Source of the DNA: a virus | Taxonomy: Duplodnaviria > Caudoviricetes | Virus record (IMG/VR): IMGVR_UViG_2756170246_000001 | Location: 4,509 to 68,508 of that record | Reading direction: 5' to 3' (one strand) | Length of the DNA: 64,000 nucleotides | In this document: positions 45,329-53,097 of the stretch, in pieces | How positions within the stretch are numbered: the first letter of the stretch is position 1 | How the letters are laid out: each line of letters starts with the position of its first letter | The notes under the pieces: generated by a model | The model's input: the letters and a program-made list of their open reading frames with translations, nothing else | The model's database searches: none | Told to the model about the DNA's origin: nothing | Made by a program: the position numbers and the translations under genes

Positions 45329-45829
45329 TCAGTGCTGCGCCTTGGCTGCAGCGTCCCATTCTTCTTGGCTGACGGAGCCCTTAACGGCGTCGACAACAGC
45401 GGTTGTCGTCTCGTCCTGGTCATCGTCGCTCTCTTCGCGGCTGACGGCCGCCGCACCCAGCCCAAAACTGGCAAAGTTGCTTCCCAGCGCCGTGCGAATG
45501 TCCGTAGCAAAGTCGCGATCATCCGATTCCAGACCGTCGACCTTGCCGTCGGCGCGCTCGATCATGGCTTCGGCTTTGCGCTTCAGCTTCTGGGCATCGA
45601 CGATCGCCCGGATGACGCCCTTGTTGACGCCATGCTTTTTGGCGTCGCCGAGGATCTCTTTCTGGTCGGCGTCGGTCGCCTTCTGGATCGCCCGCTTCTT
45701 CACCTTGAACTCGGCGTCGAGAACGCGGAGCTTCTCCTCGCGCTCCTGTTCGAGGCGGTCGAACTCCTCGACGAAGGAACCCGCCTCGGATGGGGATGCG
45801 CGGTTCGGGCGCTCATGCACTTTCGTCAT
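45329..45829 (-). CDS. GapR/DUF2312-like nucleoid-associated protein
   Basis: SFVEEFDRLEQE...KEILGDAKKHGVNKGVIRAIV...ALG resembles DUF2312 with an insertion. Confidence 0.6.
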   Translation of the reverse strand: MTKVHERPNRASPSEAGSFVEEFDRLEQEREEKLRVLDAEFKVKKRAIQKATDADQKEILGDAKKHGVNKGVIRAIVDAQKLKRKAEAMIERADGKVDGLESDDRDFATDIRTALGSNFASFGLGAAAVSREESDDDQDETTTAVVDAVKGSVSQEEWDAAAKAQH

Positions 45830-45851
45830 GCCGGTTTCCTTCTGGCTGGGG

Positions 45852-46460
45852 TCAGGCGTCCCTGGGGACGCTCAAACGATGGATGGGTGGTGCGGAGGCG
45901 AGGCGGGCGTGATACCGGCAGTAGGGTCCGGTCTCGGCGGCATCGTTCCCACAGAACCCGAAGTCCTCGGCCTGGGGGTCGCCGTTCGGCCATTTGCAGG
46001 TTTGTTCCGTCAGCTCGGTGAGCGCGAGCTTGCGCGATACCGGCACGATCGACAGATCGATAGCTGAGCGACGCGGCTCACCGGTGAGGAGGTGGGCGGG
46101 GAGACCGGGCGACTTCGCGCGCTGTTCCGCGCGAGCCTTGAAATCCGATGCCGGCGGATTGTTGGCGCCGCGCCATGAACTGGTCTGCTGGACGAGCTTG
46201 GAGGCGCGGACCGGCTTGGCCTTTGCTACCTTTGGTGCGGGGTCCGCGTCGGCCTTGCGCCGACCGGTCATACCCTTGCGTGGCTGGCCGTTGCCGAGAG
46301 AGAGCTTTTTACGATGGACGCGGCCTATTACCGCCGACCGGCTGGCATTCAGGAATTTCTTGGCGATCGCCGAGGCGGTGAGACCTTCCTCGCAATAGCC
46401 GACGAGCAGGCGGTCGAGTTCAACCCGTGGGATCGTCGTCCAGTCTGGAAGGATCGTCAC
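45852..46460 (-). CDS. gcrA: GcrA family cell-cycle regulator
   Basis: EGLTASAIA...SRSAVIGRVHR N-domain; LTELTEQTCKWPNGDP...FGFCG...GPYCRYHARLA C-domain. Confidence 0.9.
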   Translation of the reverse strand: MTILPDWTTIPRVELDRLLVGYCEEGLTASAIAKKFLNASRSAVIGRVHRKKLSLGNGQPRKGMTGRRKADADPAPKVAKAKPVRASKLVQQTSSWRGANNPPASDFKARAEQRAKSPGLPAHLLTGEPRRSAIDLSIVPVSRKLALTELTEQTCKWPNGDPQAEDFGFCGNDAAETGPYCRYHARLASAPPIHRLSVPRDA

Positions 46461-46969
46461 CGGGCGACTCCGCCATCGGCTTTGATTCCGGCGCGATCCA
46501 GTGCGCCAGCGAGTCGCCCCAATTCGCGACGTTCTTCGCCATCCAGAGCCGCGTCCTCAGCGGCAATAAGCGCTGCCAGACGGTTAGCCGTGGCGGCGAG
46601 TTCGAGCCTTGCACGTCGTGCCTCCTCCAGCGCCTCGATCTCGAGCAGCGCCTTCATCTCGTACCATTCGACGCGGCGAGCGTCATCGTTGTAGATCGCC
46701 CGGACACGACGAGGTGTCACCTTGCGGGCAAATGTCGTCGGGACGCGCTTGCACAGCTCCGAGTAGATCTTGCCGTACTGCAGCCGAGCCGGGGTCTTCG
46801 GGAGCAGCAGCTCGCCGACGGCGCGGATGACATCGCGTGGTGCCCGGTCGTCGGGAGAAAAGGCGATGGCTACTCTAGACATTCCGCCACCGCCCACCGT
46901 CGGCCCGCTGTGGGCCTTGGTAAGATTTTCCAAGCTCGCGCTCGAAGTTTCCAAGTCCGCGTTTCGCAT
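46457..46969 (-). CDS. CII-position regulatory protein (hypothetical)
   Basis: Follows cro and the tR1-like hairpin; RRVRAIY..DARRVEWYEM. Confidence 0.55.
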   Translation of the reverse strand: MRNADLETSSASLENLTKAHSGPTVGGGGMSRVAIAFSPDDRAPRDVIRAVGELLLPKTPARLQYGKIYSELCKRVPTTFARKVTPRRVRAIYNDDARRVEWYEMKALLEIEALEEARRARLELAATANRLAALIAAEDAALDGEERRELGRLAGALDRAGIKADGGVAR

Positions 46970-47139
46970 GGCTGCTATCTCCATTTCCAGCGACGGAACA
47001 CGGAGATGCGAGCAATGCCCGGGCGGAGACAAAAAAGCGGTGGCCCATGCCAAACAGGACAGACAGGGCCACCAAGCCGGCGTGGGTTGGGGTGCGCCGG
47101 CAATCGCGCGACAGGGCGACACGCGAAATCAAATCAAGG

Positions 47140-47166
47140 GCGGCTCCGGCGAAAGCGCGGAGCCGC
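47140..47166 (-). terminator. tR1-like hairpin
   Basis: GCGGCTCCG/CGGAGCCGC 9-bp stem; followed on the minus strand by CCTTGATTTGATTT. Confidence 0.5.
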
Positions 47167-47186
47167 AAGCTTATCGGGGTAGGAAA

Positions 47187-47324
47187 ATGGACCTGGAGAC
47201 GGTCATCAAAGAGCTGCAGAAGCGGGTCGCCCATCTCGAGACGGAGATCGAGACCGAGCAGCTGCTCAAAGCTCTGCGGCCCGGCCTGCTGGCGCGACTG
47301 GCGGAGGTCTTTGGGCTGCGCTGA
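47187..47324 (+). CDS. Small coiled-coil protein antisense to the early operon
   Basis: AGGA RBS; MDLETVIKELQKRVAHLETEIE; sits in an otherwise empty gap. Confidence 0.55.
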   Translation: MDLETVIKELQKRVAHLETEIETEQLLKALRPGLLARLAEVFGLR

Positions 47325-47326
47325 CA

Positions 47327-47815
47327 TCACCGGGTGACCTGCCGCTTAACCAGGCTGTCAAACGGCACGGCGCCTTCGGAAAGCTTGCTGATCTTCGTCG
47401 CTGTATCGAGCGACGCTCCAGTCTCGCCGGCTTCCAACATGGAGATGAATGAGGTGTTGACGCATAGCAGCCCGGCAAGCTCCTGCTGTTTCATACCTGC
47501 GCGCTTGCGCCATGCGGCTAAGGGCGAATCGGTATCCAGGACTGCGAACCGCCTACCTCGATGGGCAGGCACTACATGCTGCGAGACGAACGACAGGAGT
47601 TCTTCGGTTGCGACGAACCATTCTCCGCGCGCTCTGGTCGATTGGAACTTCTGGTGAATGTCCAGTTCATCCGCCTTGGTGCCCGGCCAGTAGCCAAGCA
47701 GGTCGCACGGGAAGGGCGTGTCGGCCGCGATCTTGTTCAGGCGTCGTTCCGGATTTTCGGAATAGCCGAGCTTGACGTGACCTGCGCATTCGATGGCGTA
47801 GATGTGTCCGGTCAT
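47327..47815 (-). CDS. T5orf172/GIY-YIG-like domain fused to an XRE HTH
   Basis: GHIYAI...VKLGYS.NPERRL...E..IH..F...R.RGEWF; then LAAWRKRAGMKQQELAGLL...ISMLEAG. Confidence 0.8.
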   Translation of the reverse strand: MTGHIYAIECAGHVKLGYSENPERRLNKIAADTPFPCDLLGYWPGTKADELDIHQKFQSTRARGEWFVATEELLSFVSQHVVPAHRGRRFAVLDTDSPLAAWRKRAGMKQQELAGLLCVNTSFISMLEAGETGASLDTATKISKLSEGAVPFDSLVKRQVTR

Positions 47816-48057
47816 TCGGTGGTGACCTCCACCACGGGGCGCGAGATACCTTCAGGCCATTCCGCGCCGACAGGCCAGTTCGTCGAGAACCACCAGACCG
47901 CGGCGTTGTAGCGTTCGGTGGTGAGATCGCCTCCGGCGCGGAGCGCGTCGATCTTCTTGCCATCGTTGAAGACCCGGCTGCTCACAGTTTTATCCTCGAC
48001 GCCAGTTGCGGCGCGGTAGGCATCGACGATGGAGAGCAGGTGCTTAATTTCGAACAT
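47812..48057 (-). CDS. cro: Cro-like repressor
   Basis: 81 aa, divergent from cI; LLSIVDAY..ATG...TVSSRVF..G pattern of alphaproteobacterial Cro-like proteins. Confidence 0.72.
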   Translation of the reverse strand: MFEIKHLLSIVDAYRAATGVEDKTVSSRVFNDGKKIDALRAGGDLTTERYNAAVWWFSTNWPVGAEWPEGISRPVVEVTTE

Positions 48058-48068
48058 GCAATATGGAT

Positions 48069-48140
48069 CGGTTAAAAAACCGGCATTGTCAATGGTTATC
48101 TTACCGAATGCAAAAGCGAGGCTGCTCGGTCAAAATACCG
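48069..48140. promoter_or_regulatory. OR-like region: three 14-bp operators (48069-82, 48093-106, 48127-140) and TTGACA -35 (48092-48087, minus strand)
   Basis: CGGTTAAAAAACCG, TGGTTATCTTACCG, CGGTCAAAATACCG between cro and cI. Confidence 0.8.
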
Positions 48141-48142
48141 GC

Positions 48143-48502
48143 ATGCTAAAAGACATACTCGCAAGGATAGATCGGAGGTTGCAGGAACTCGGCTTGAACG
48201 AGTCCCAGGCTGCGAAGATGGCTGGGCTCGGCGTCGACGGTATCCGCAATACCCGCCGCAGAATCGGGAGTGGCAAGGAGGATGCCGGGGTGTCCAGCAC
48301 CACACTGGCAAAGCTGGCGCCGGTGCTGCAGACCACAGCGGGTTGGCTTATCGACGGTTCTGGCCCCGAGCAGATGCCGAACGAAAAGCTCAGGATGGTG
48401 CTGATCGAGGCATCTGCGTTCCCGACCGAGATCCAGGAGCGCATAGTGGATTTCGCAAACTTCCAGATGAGTAATCAGCAGCGGCGAGAAACCGCTGCGT
48501 AG
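48143..48502 (+). CDS. cI: CI-like XRE repressor, short (no S24 peptidase domain)
   Basis: IDRRLQELGLNESQAAKMAGL...TLAKLAPVLQTTAGWLIDGSG; ATG 2 nt after operator 3, no SD. Confidence 0.75.
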   Translation: MLKDILARIDRRLQELGLNESQAAKMAGLGVDGIRNTRRRIGSGKEDAGVSSTTLAKLAPVLQTTAGWLIDGSGPEQMPNEKLRMVLIEASAFPTEIQERIVDFANFQMSNQQRRETAA

Positions 48503-48708
48503 TGCAGTTCGTGGCTGATCTGGACAGCCCACTCTCCACCGTGAAGAGCATGCATTGAAGCAGCAAGAGCTGCGGCATCTCGCTTTACCGCCGCGTGCGG
48601 ATCGATAGGAGCTGGCTCTGCTGAAATCGGCACGACTGCAGCCGCAACAAACATTCCTGAAAGCACTGCACGTCTGCTCGGCTCGAAAGCCTTCTCTGCC
48701 GTTGCCAC
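48475..48708 (-). CDS. Small protein with twin-arginine-like N-terminus
   Basis: GGGAG RBS, GTG start; SRRAVLSGMFVAAAVVP. Confidence 0.55.
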   Translation of the reverse strand: MATAEKAFEPSRRAVLSGMFVAAAVVPISAEPAPIDPHAAVKRDAAALAASMHALHGGEWAVQISHELHYAAVSRRC

Positions 48709-48945
48709 TTTCTCTCCCTAGCCCCTTTCTTGTTCTTGTTTGTTGCCAGCACCCCACAATGCTTTGTGTAGTGTCCCGTTTTAGGACGAATGTACGAATA
48801 GAACCATTTGGCTGCTCTTAACAGGAAATATCCAACTGTAATAATCCGCCTGTGAATAGCGGGGACAAGTAGTACCAGTTTTGCCCTTTTCTGGGTCAAT
48901 TCTGGAACCATTTCGGCGCAAGGTGCCATCGGCCATAAAGTGGGC

Positions 48946-49221
48946 ATGTCCGATCCCGAGCCGCCCAGCTTCCACATCCGCTTCTTCCCTGGCTTGAAAG
49001 AGAAGCTCGAGGGCGTGCGCGGCTCGCGGAGCCTGAACAGGGAGATCAACGAGAGACTGCAGCGATCGTTCGAGGCCGACGTGCTGGCGAAGCTGGCCGA
49101 AACGATTCGGCCGATCTTGGGCCAGATGAGCGAGGCAGAACGATCCGATCTCACGGAGGCGATCACCTCGGTCGTGCGAGACCTCGCGAAAACCCCACGC
49201 AAGCGCCAACCGCGGAAGTAA
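48946..49221 (+). CDS. Arc-like ribbon-helix-helix DNA-binding protein
   Basis: SFHIRFFPGLKEKLE....SRSLNREINERLQRSF. Confidence 0.82.
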   Translation: MSDPEPPSFHIRFFPGLKEKLEGVRGSRSLNREINERLQRSFEADVLAKLAETIRPILGQMSEAERSDLTEAITSVVRDLAKTPRKRQPRK

Positions 49222-49280
49222 TTCCAGCTCTACCTTTTCGACCTTCCGAGATTGAAAACAGCCGTATTGACAAGCGCCGA

Positions 49281-49301
49281 GCGGGCGGTCTACCCGCCCG
49301 C
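49281..49301. terminator. GC-rich hairpin downstream of the Arc-like gene
   Basis: GCGGGCGG-TCTAC-CCGCCCGC; no clear U tract. Confidence 0.35.
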
Positions 49302-49342
49302 GCTCTCACGCGCTCGGTTGGAGATTATATCTAAACCTTAGA

Positions 49343-49356
49343 CGTAGAACTCTACG
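49343..49356. promoter_or_regulatory. Near-palindrome CGTAGAACTCTACG
   Basis: One mismatch to 30819-30832, same flanks (A...AT); half-site CTCTACGATTC repeated at 49420. Confidence 0.55.
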
Positions 49357-49487
49357 ATTCACCGTTTCCGTGTCCCGCAGCGATTCAGTGTGATTGCTGG
49401 TGCAATCACTGTGTCGGCGCTCTACGATTCAAGGTTATCAATTCCGCGCGAGGCTGCGTTCCGAGCGATGACGGATTAAAAGAAATC

Positions 49488-49538
49488 CGGTCAAATTACC
49501 GAAATAGGCTTGACGGTCGGTTATTTTACCGCATAGGT
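49488..49538 (+). promoter_or_regulatory. OL/PL-like region: operators 49488-501 and 49518-531 with TTGACG -35 (49510-15)
   Basis: CGGTCAAATTACCG and CGGTTATTTTACCG flank the -35, ahead of the rightward early operon. Confidence 0.78.
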
Positions 49539-49560
49539 TTCGGCAAAGGGAGACATCCTG

Positions 49561-49920
49561 ATGCCAGCGCCCAAGCACACACCGGCCCCATGGAATTCGT
49601 TCAACAGCCTCGGCGAGCTTGGCGTGCGCACCTTCGGCGCCGGCAACACCATCGTCGCTTCAAAGCCTACCGGTTTCGCCAGTGACCCCGATAGCTTCCG
49701 CGTCCCTGACGTCGCCGAAGCGAAGGCCAACTTCCGGCTGATCGACGCCGCGCCGGAGATGCTGGCGGCCCTGCATGTAGCGTCCGACGCGCTCGCCGGC
49801 ACCTTGAAGGCTCGCGGCTATGTGCCCGGTTCGAGCATCGATGGCTGGGCTCCCGAGGTTCAGGTCGAACTGCGTTCGCTGGTGGCCGTCCGCGCAGCCA
49901 TCTCCAAGGCCTGGGGCTGA
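49561..49920 (+). CDS. Hypothetical phage protein
   Basis: GGGAG RBS; KHTPAPW...AKANFRLIDAAPEMLAAL motif typical of phage early genes. Confidence 0.75.
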   Translation: MPAPKHTPAPWNSFNSLGELGVRTFGAGNTIVASKPTGFASDPDSFRVPDVAEAKANFRLIDAAPEMLAALHVASDALAGTLKARGYVPGSSIDGWAPEVQVELRSLVAVRAAISKAWG

Positions 49921-49923
49921 CCG

Positions 49924-50181
49924 ATGGCAACCGTCTTCCTCGATAGCCCAACGAACAGCACGCTGTTCACCACCTGTTGCGAAGTCGCAATTTGTGACGA
50001 TCAGCAGGTCTGTCCGCGTTGCCGGCAGGCCGTGGTGCCTGGGACGCGAACGGCCAGATGGGAGGCCGCATACGGCCCTGTCCGGCGCGGGCATGGTGGT
50101 TACGGCAACTGGTATCCAAACCACGGGGAGGGGCGCGGCCATTACGAGCGCACCCACGCTGGCAAGGTGGCCGTGAAATGA
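49924..50181 (+). CDS. Small Cys-rich protein
   Basis: TTCCEVAICDDQQVCPRC. Confidence 0.6.
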   Translation: MATVFLDSPTNSTLFTTCCEVAICDDQQVCPRCRQAVVPGTRTARWEAAYGPVRRGHGGYGNWYPNHGEGRGHYERTHAGKVAVK

Positions 50182-50363
50182 ACACGCCATCCCTCGTCCC
50201 CACTCTCGACGACCTCCGCAGTGAACTCTCCCGCGCCGAACGCGACCTCGTCTGCGCCGACATGATCGACGACTTCAAGCGGCGGCAGGCCGAGATGGGA
50301 ACCGCGCAGCGGCGCGTCGACGACCTCAAGGCCCAGATCGCTCGTTTGGAGGAATCGTTCTGA
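50178..50363 (+). CDS. Small coiled-coil protein
   Basis: MNTPSLVPTLDDLRSEL; ATGA-coupled. Confidence 0.6.
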   Translation: MNTPSLVPTLDDLRSELSRAERDLVCADMIDDFKRRQAEMGTAQRRVDDLKAQIARLEESF

Positions 50364-50677
50364 TGACTGACATCAAGGACACCCCGGAGAACATGCTTCG
50401 CGCCTGGGCTGACGCCGGTGTGATCTCGTCGGCGAGGTTCGTCGAGGAAATGGAGCGGCGCAACGGCCGCACCACGATGACGGCCCCACCGCTCGACTAC
50501 GCGCTCGATGACGAGCTCGCGATCTCATTCCTTCACCACGACGATTTCCCGGGCCTTGATCTGTCGGACTTCGATGACGACACGATCGGCCCGTTGCTGC
50601 TGCCACCACCGGTGAAGTGGATTGCCCTGATCGCGGCGACGCTGATCATCGTTGCGGTCTGGATGGTGCTGCCATGA
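50363..50677 (+). CDS. Hypothetical protein with C-terminal transmembrane segment
   Basis: WIALIAATLIIVAVWMVLP. Confidence 0.6.
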   Translation: MTDIKDTPENMLRAWADAGVISSARFVEEMERRNGRTTMTAPPLDYALDDELAISFLHHDDFPGLDLSDFDDDTIGPLLLPPPVKWIALIAATLIIVAVWMVLP

Positions 50678-50856
50678 GCACGCCACGTCTCACCGCCGAG
50701 CAGCTGCAGGCGCTCGCCGTCGACTCGTTCGACGTCATGAACTGGGCCCGACGCATGGGCCTGAAGCGCGAGGCCCAGATCGCCGAACTGGTGAAGACCT
50801 TCGAGGTCCAGCTCGGCTACCGCGAGGCGGTGAAGCCTGCGGAGGCCGCAGAATGA
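50674..50856 (+). CDS. Hypothetical protein
   Basis: ATGA-coupled. Confidence 0.55.
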   Translation: MSTPRLTAEQLQALAVDSFDVMNWARRMGLKREAQIAELVKTFEVQLGYREAVKPAEAAE

Positions 50857-50990
50857 TCGCCATCCTCGGCCTCGGCGCCGTCACCGCCGCGTTCCTCGCT
50901 CTGGCCGTCACGCTCGGTCATTGGCGTCCGGCGCCCGTGCGCTCCGGGTTCGAGGTCCGTTACGAGCACCGGCCCAGGAGGTCAAGATGA
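50853..50990 (+). CDS. Small membrane protein
   Basis: MIAILGLGAVTAAFLALAVTLG; ATGA-coupled. Confidence 0.5.
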   Translation: MIAILGLGAVTAAFLALAVTLGHWRPAPVRSGFEVRYEHRPRRSR

Positions 50991-51376
50991 TGCCCGGCCC
51001 GCAAGCCTGCCGCGAATGTGGCTGCACCCAGGACCGCGCCTGCGTCACCGACGGCGTCGCCTGCCATTGGGTCCAGCCCGACCTCTGTTCCGCATGCGCC
51101 GATCAGCCGACGGCGGACGAGGTCAAGAAGGCCGCCCTGTTCTTCGACATCCTGCAGGACGCCCGCAACGCCGGCAAAGGCTGGTGGGCAAGCAGCCAGT
51201 ATCGCCAGATCGAGTTGTCGATCGAGCAGGACAGGAAGATCGTAGTTCTCAGAACCGCGCTGCTGGCCGCCTCCAACGCCCTGCGCTCCTACCAGTACGG
51301 CAACGGCGCCACAGATCTGGCAAAGTCTATCGCCGATTCCTGCGACGCAGCTCTCAAGGCGGCGATGGCGCCGTGA
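50987..51376 (+). CDS. Hypothetical protein with N-terminal Cys cluster
   Basis: CRECGCTQDRAC...CHWVQPDLCSAC. Confidence 0.7.
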   Translation: MMPGPQACRECGCTQDRACVTDGVACHWVQPDLCSACADQPTADEVKKAALFFDILQDARNAGKGWWASSQYRQIELSIEQDRKIVVLRTALLAASNALRSYQYGNGATDLAKSIADSCDAALKAAMAP

Positions 51377-52311
51377 CCATCCAAATCATCAGACCCGCCG
51401 ACAGGACAGCCTGGCTTGCCGCCCGGCAGCAGGATGTCACCGCCTCCGTCGCGGCCGCCGTCCTCGGCGCACACCCCTACACAACCCCATACTCGCTCTG
51501 GGCGGAAAAGACCGGCCGCCTTCCCCCCGACGACGAAGAAACCGAGGCGATGGAACGCGGCAACCTGATGGAGCCCGTTGTTGTCGTCATGATCCGGAAG
51601 CGGTTCCCAGAGTGGGAGGTCACCTATGAGAACGACCGCGCCTATTTCCGCGATCCCGCCCGTCGCATCGGCGCCACCCCCGATGCCTTTGTCGACAGGC
51701 CCGATCGCGCCGGGACCGGCAACTGCCAGATCAAGTCCGCCTCGGAAGACGCCTTCAAGGAATTCTGGCTCGACGCCGATACCGGTGAGGTCGTGCCGCC
51801 TACCTGGATTGCAATTCAAGCAATTTGCGAAGCCCAGCTGACCGGCTGCGCATGGGCATGCGTCGCCCTCGTCGTGATCACCTGGCGTGGCACCTTCCAG
51901 CTGCACATCATCGATATCCCGATCCATCTCCGGCTTTGGAACCGCCTCATTACCAAGGTCGACGAGTTCTGGACGATGGTGGCAAGCGGCGAGGAGCCTT
52001 CCCCGGACTGGCAGCGCGATGGTGAAGTCGTGATGGACGTCTACCGCGACAGCATGCCGGAGAAGCGCGATCTCACCGCGAGCACCGAGCTTGACGCGCT
52101 GGTCCATCAATTTGACCGCGCCCGAGTTGAAGCCGCCGGCGCGAAGGCCGTTGTCGACCAACTGCGTCCCCACATCATTCACGCCCTCGGCAACGCCGAG
52201 ATCGGCCTGACCGCCAACTGGGAGGTTTCCGCGCGGACCACATTCCGGTCGGGATCGCAATCGCGCGTGCTGCGCGTCAAACCACGGAGAGATCTCGATG
52301 CAAGTTTCTGA
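51373..52311 (+). CDS. YqaJ-like viral recombinase exonuclease
   Basis: WLAARQQDVTAS..AAVLG..PY.T...LW.EKTG...MERG..MEP; GATPD; QIKS; Q...E. Confidence 0.88.
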   Translation: MTIQIIRPADRTAWLAARQQDVTASVAAAVLGAHPYTTPYSLWAEKTGRLPPDDEETEAMERGNLMEPVVVVMIRKRFPEWEVTYENDRAYFRDPARRIGATPDAFVDRPDRAGTGNCQIKSASEDAFKEFWLDADTGEVVPPTWIAIQAICEAQLTGCAWACVALVVITWRGTFQLHIIDIPIHLRLWNRLITKVDEFWTMVASGEEPSPDWQRDGEVVMDVYRDSMPEKRDLTASTELDALVHQFDRARVEAAGAKAVVDQLRPHIIHALGNAEIGLTANWEVSARTTFRSGSQSRVLRVKPRRDLDASF

Positions 52312-53068
52312 CGCCCCACCAATCGTTGGCCCCGGCCACAATCTGGCGACAACAGCCGACATCCTTCGCGACCGCTTCAAGCCGGTGCTTGATGAGGTCG
52401 AGGATCTCGCGAAGCGCGCCACTGCCGCCAAGAATGCGCTGACCGACGGGACGATCGCCAACGACAACGAGCGTGATGGCCTCATCGCCTTGGGCATCGA
52501 GGCGCGGAAGCTTGCGAAGCGGCTCGGCGAAACCAAGCTGGCGACGACGAAGCCGTTGCGCGATGAAGTCACCGAAACAAACCGGTTCTTCGATACCGTC
52601 ACGATGCGGCCGGAGACCATCCAGAGCGCCTTCGAGACGATCGTCGGCAAGTACAACGACAAGAAGCGCGAGGAGGCGAGGATCGCGGCCGCCGAGGTCG
52701 CACGCCTCGCCCAGGAAGAGGCGAAACGCAAGCTCGAGGAGGCCGCCGCATCAAGCCATAGCGTGCTCGGCGACGTCCTCATGCAGGAAGCTGCCGACGC
52801 GGAGAACCGCGCCGCCGTCCTCGTCAACGAGGCGATCACGGCAGGCAGCGGTCCGACGCGCACCTCTGCCGGAACGGTATCGGCAACGGCCAAATGGAAG
52901 CACCGCATCACCGACGCCTCGAAGATCCCGCTCGAAAAGCTGCGGCCTTACATGTCGCTCGACGACCTCGACAAGTTCCTCCGGGCGTTCGTGGCGAAGA
53001 ACAAGAACACCGTGGCGTTGCCCGGCGTCGAAATCTTCGAAGACACCAAGACCTCATTCCGCGGCTGA
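52298..53068 (+). CDS. Coiled-coil phage recombination-module protein
   Basis: Helical; C-terminal LPGVEIFED; between the exonuclease and the SSAP-like gene. Confidence 0.7.
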   Translation: MQVSDAPPIVGPGHNLATTADILRDRFKPVLDEVEDLAKRATAAKNALTDGTIANDNERDGLIALGIEARKLAKRLGETKLATTKPLRDEVTETNRFFDTVTMRPETIQSAFETIVGKYNDKKREEARIAAAEVARLAQEEAKRKLEEAAASSHSVLGDVLMQEAADAENRAAVLVNEAITAGSGPTRTSAGTVSATAKWKHRITDASKIPLEKLRPYMSLDDLDKFLRAFVAKNKNTVALPGVEIFEDTKTSFRG

Positions 53069-53097
53069 CCGCCGGCGGCAAACAGGAGACCGACACG

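Noticed and set aside
49267-49296. TTGACA at 49267 as a strong sigma70 promoter
   Set aside because: No convincing -10 at 16-18 bp and it runs into a GC hairpin; cannot be supported without TSS data.
48040-49540. Full CtrA boxes (TTAA-N7-TTAA) in the phage control regions
   Set aside because: Only isolated TTAA half-sites (48044, 48072, 48818, 49476) seen; the whole window was not scanned exhaustively.
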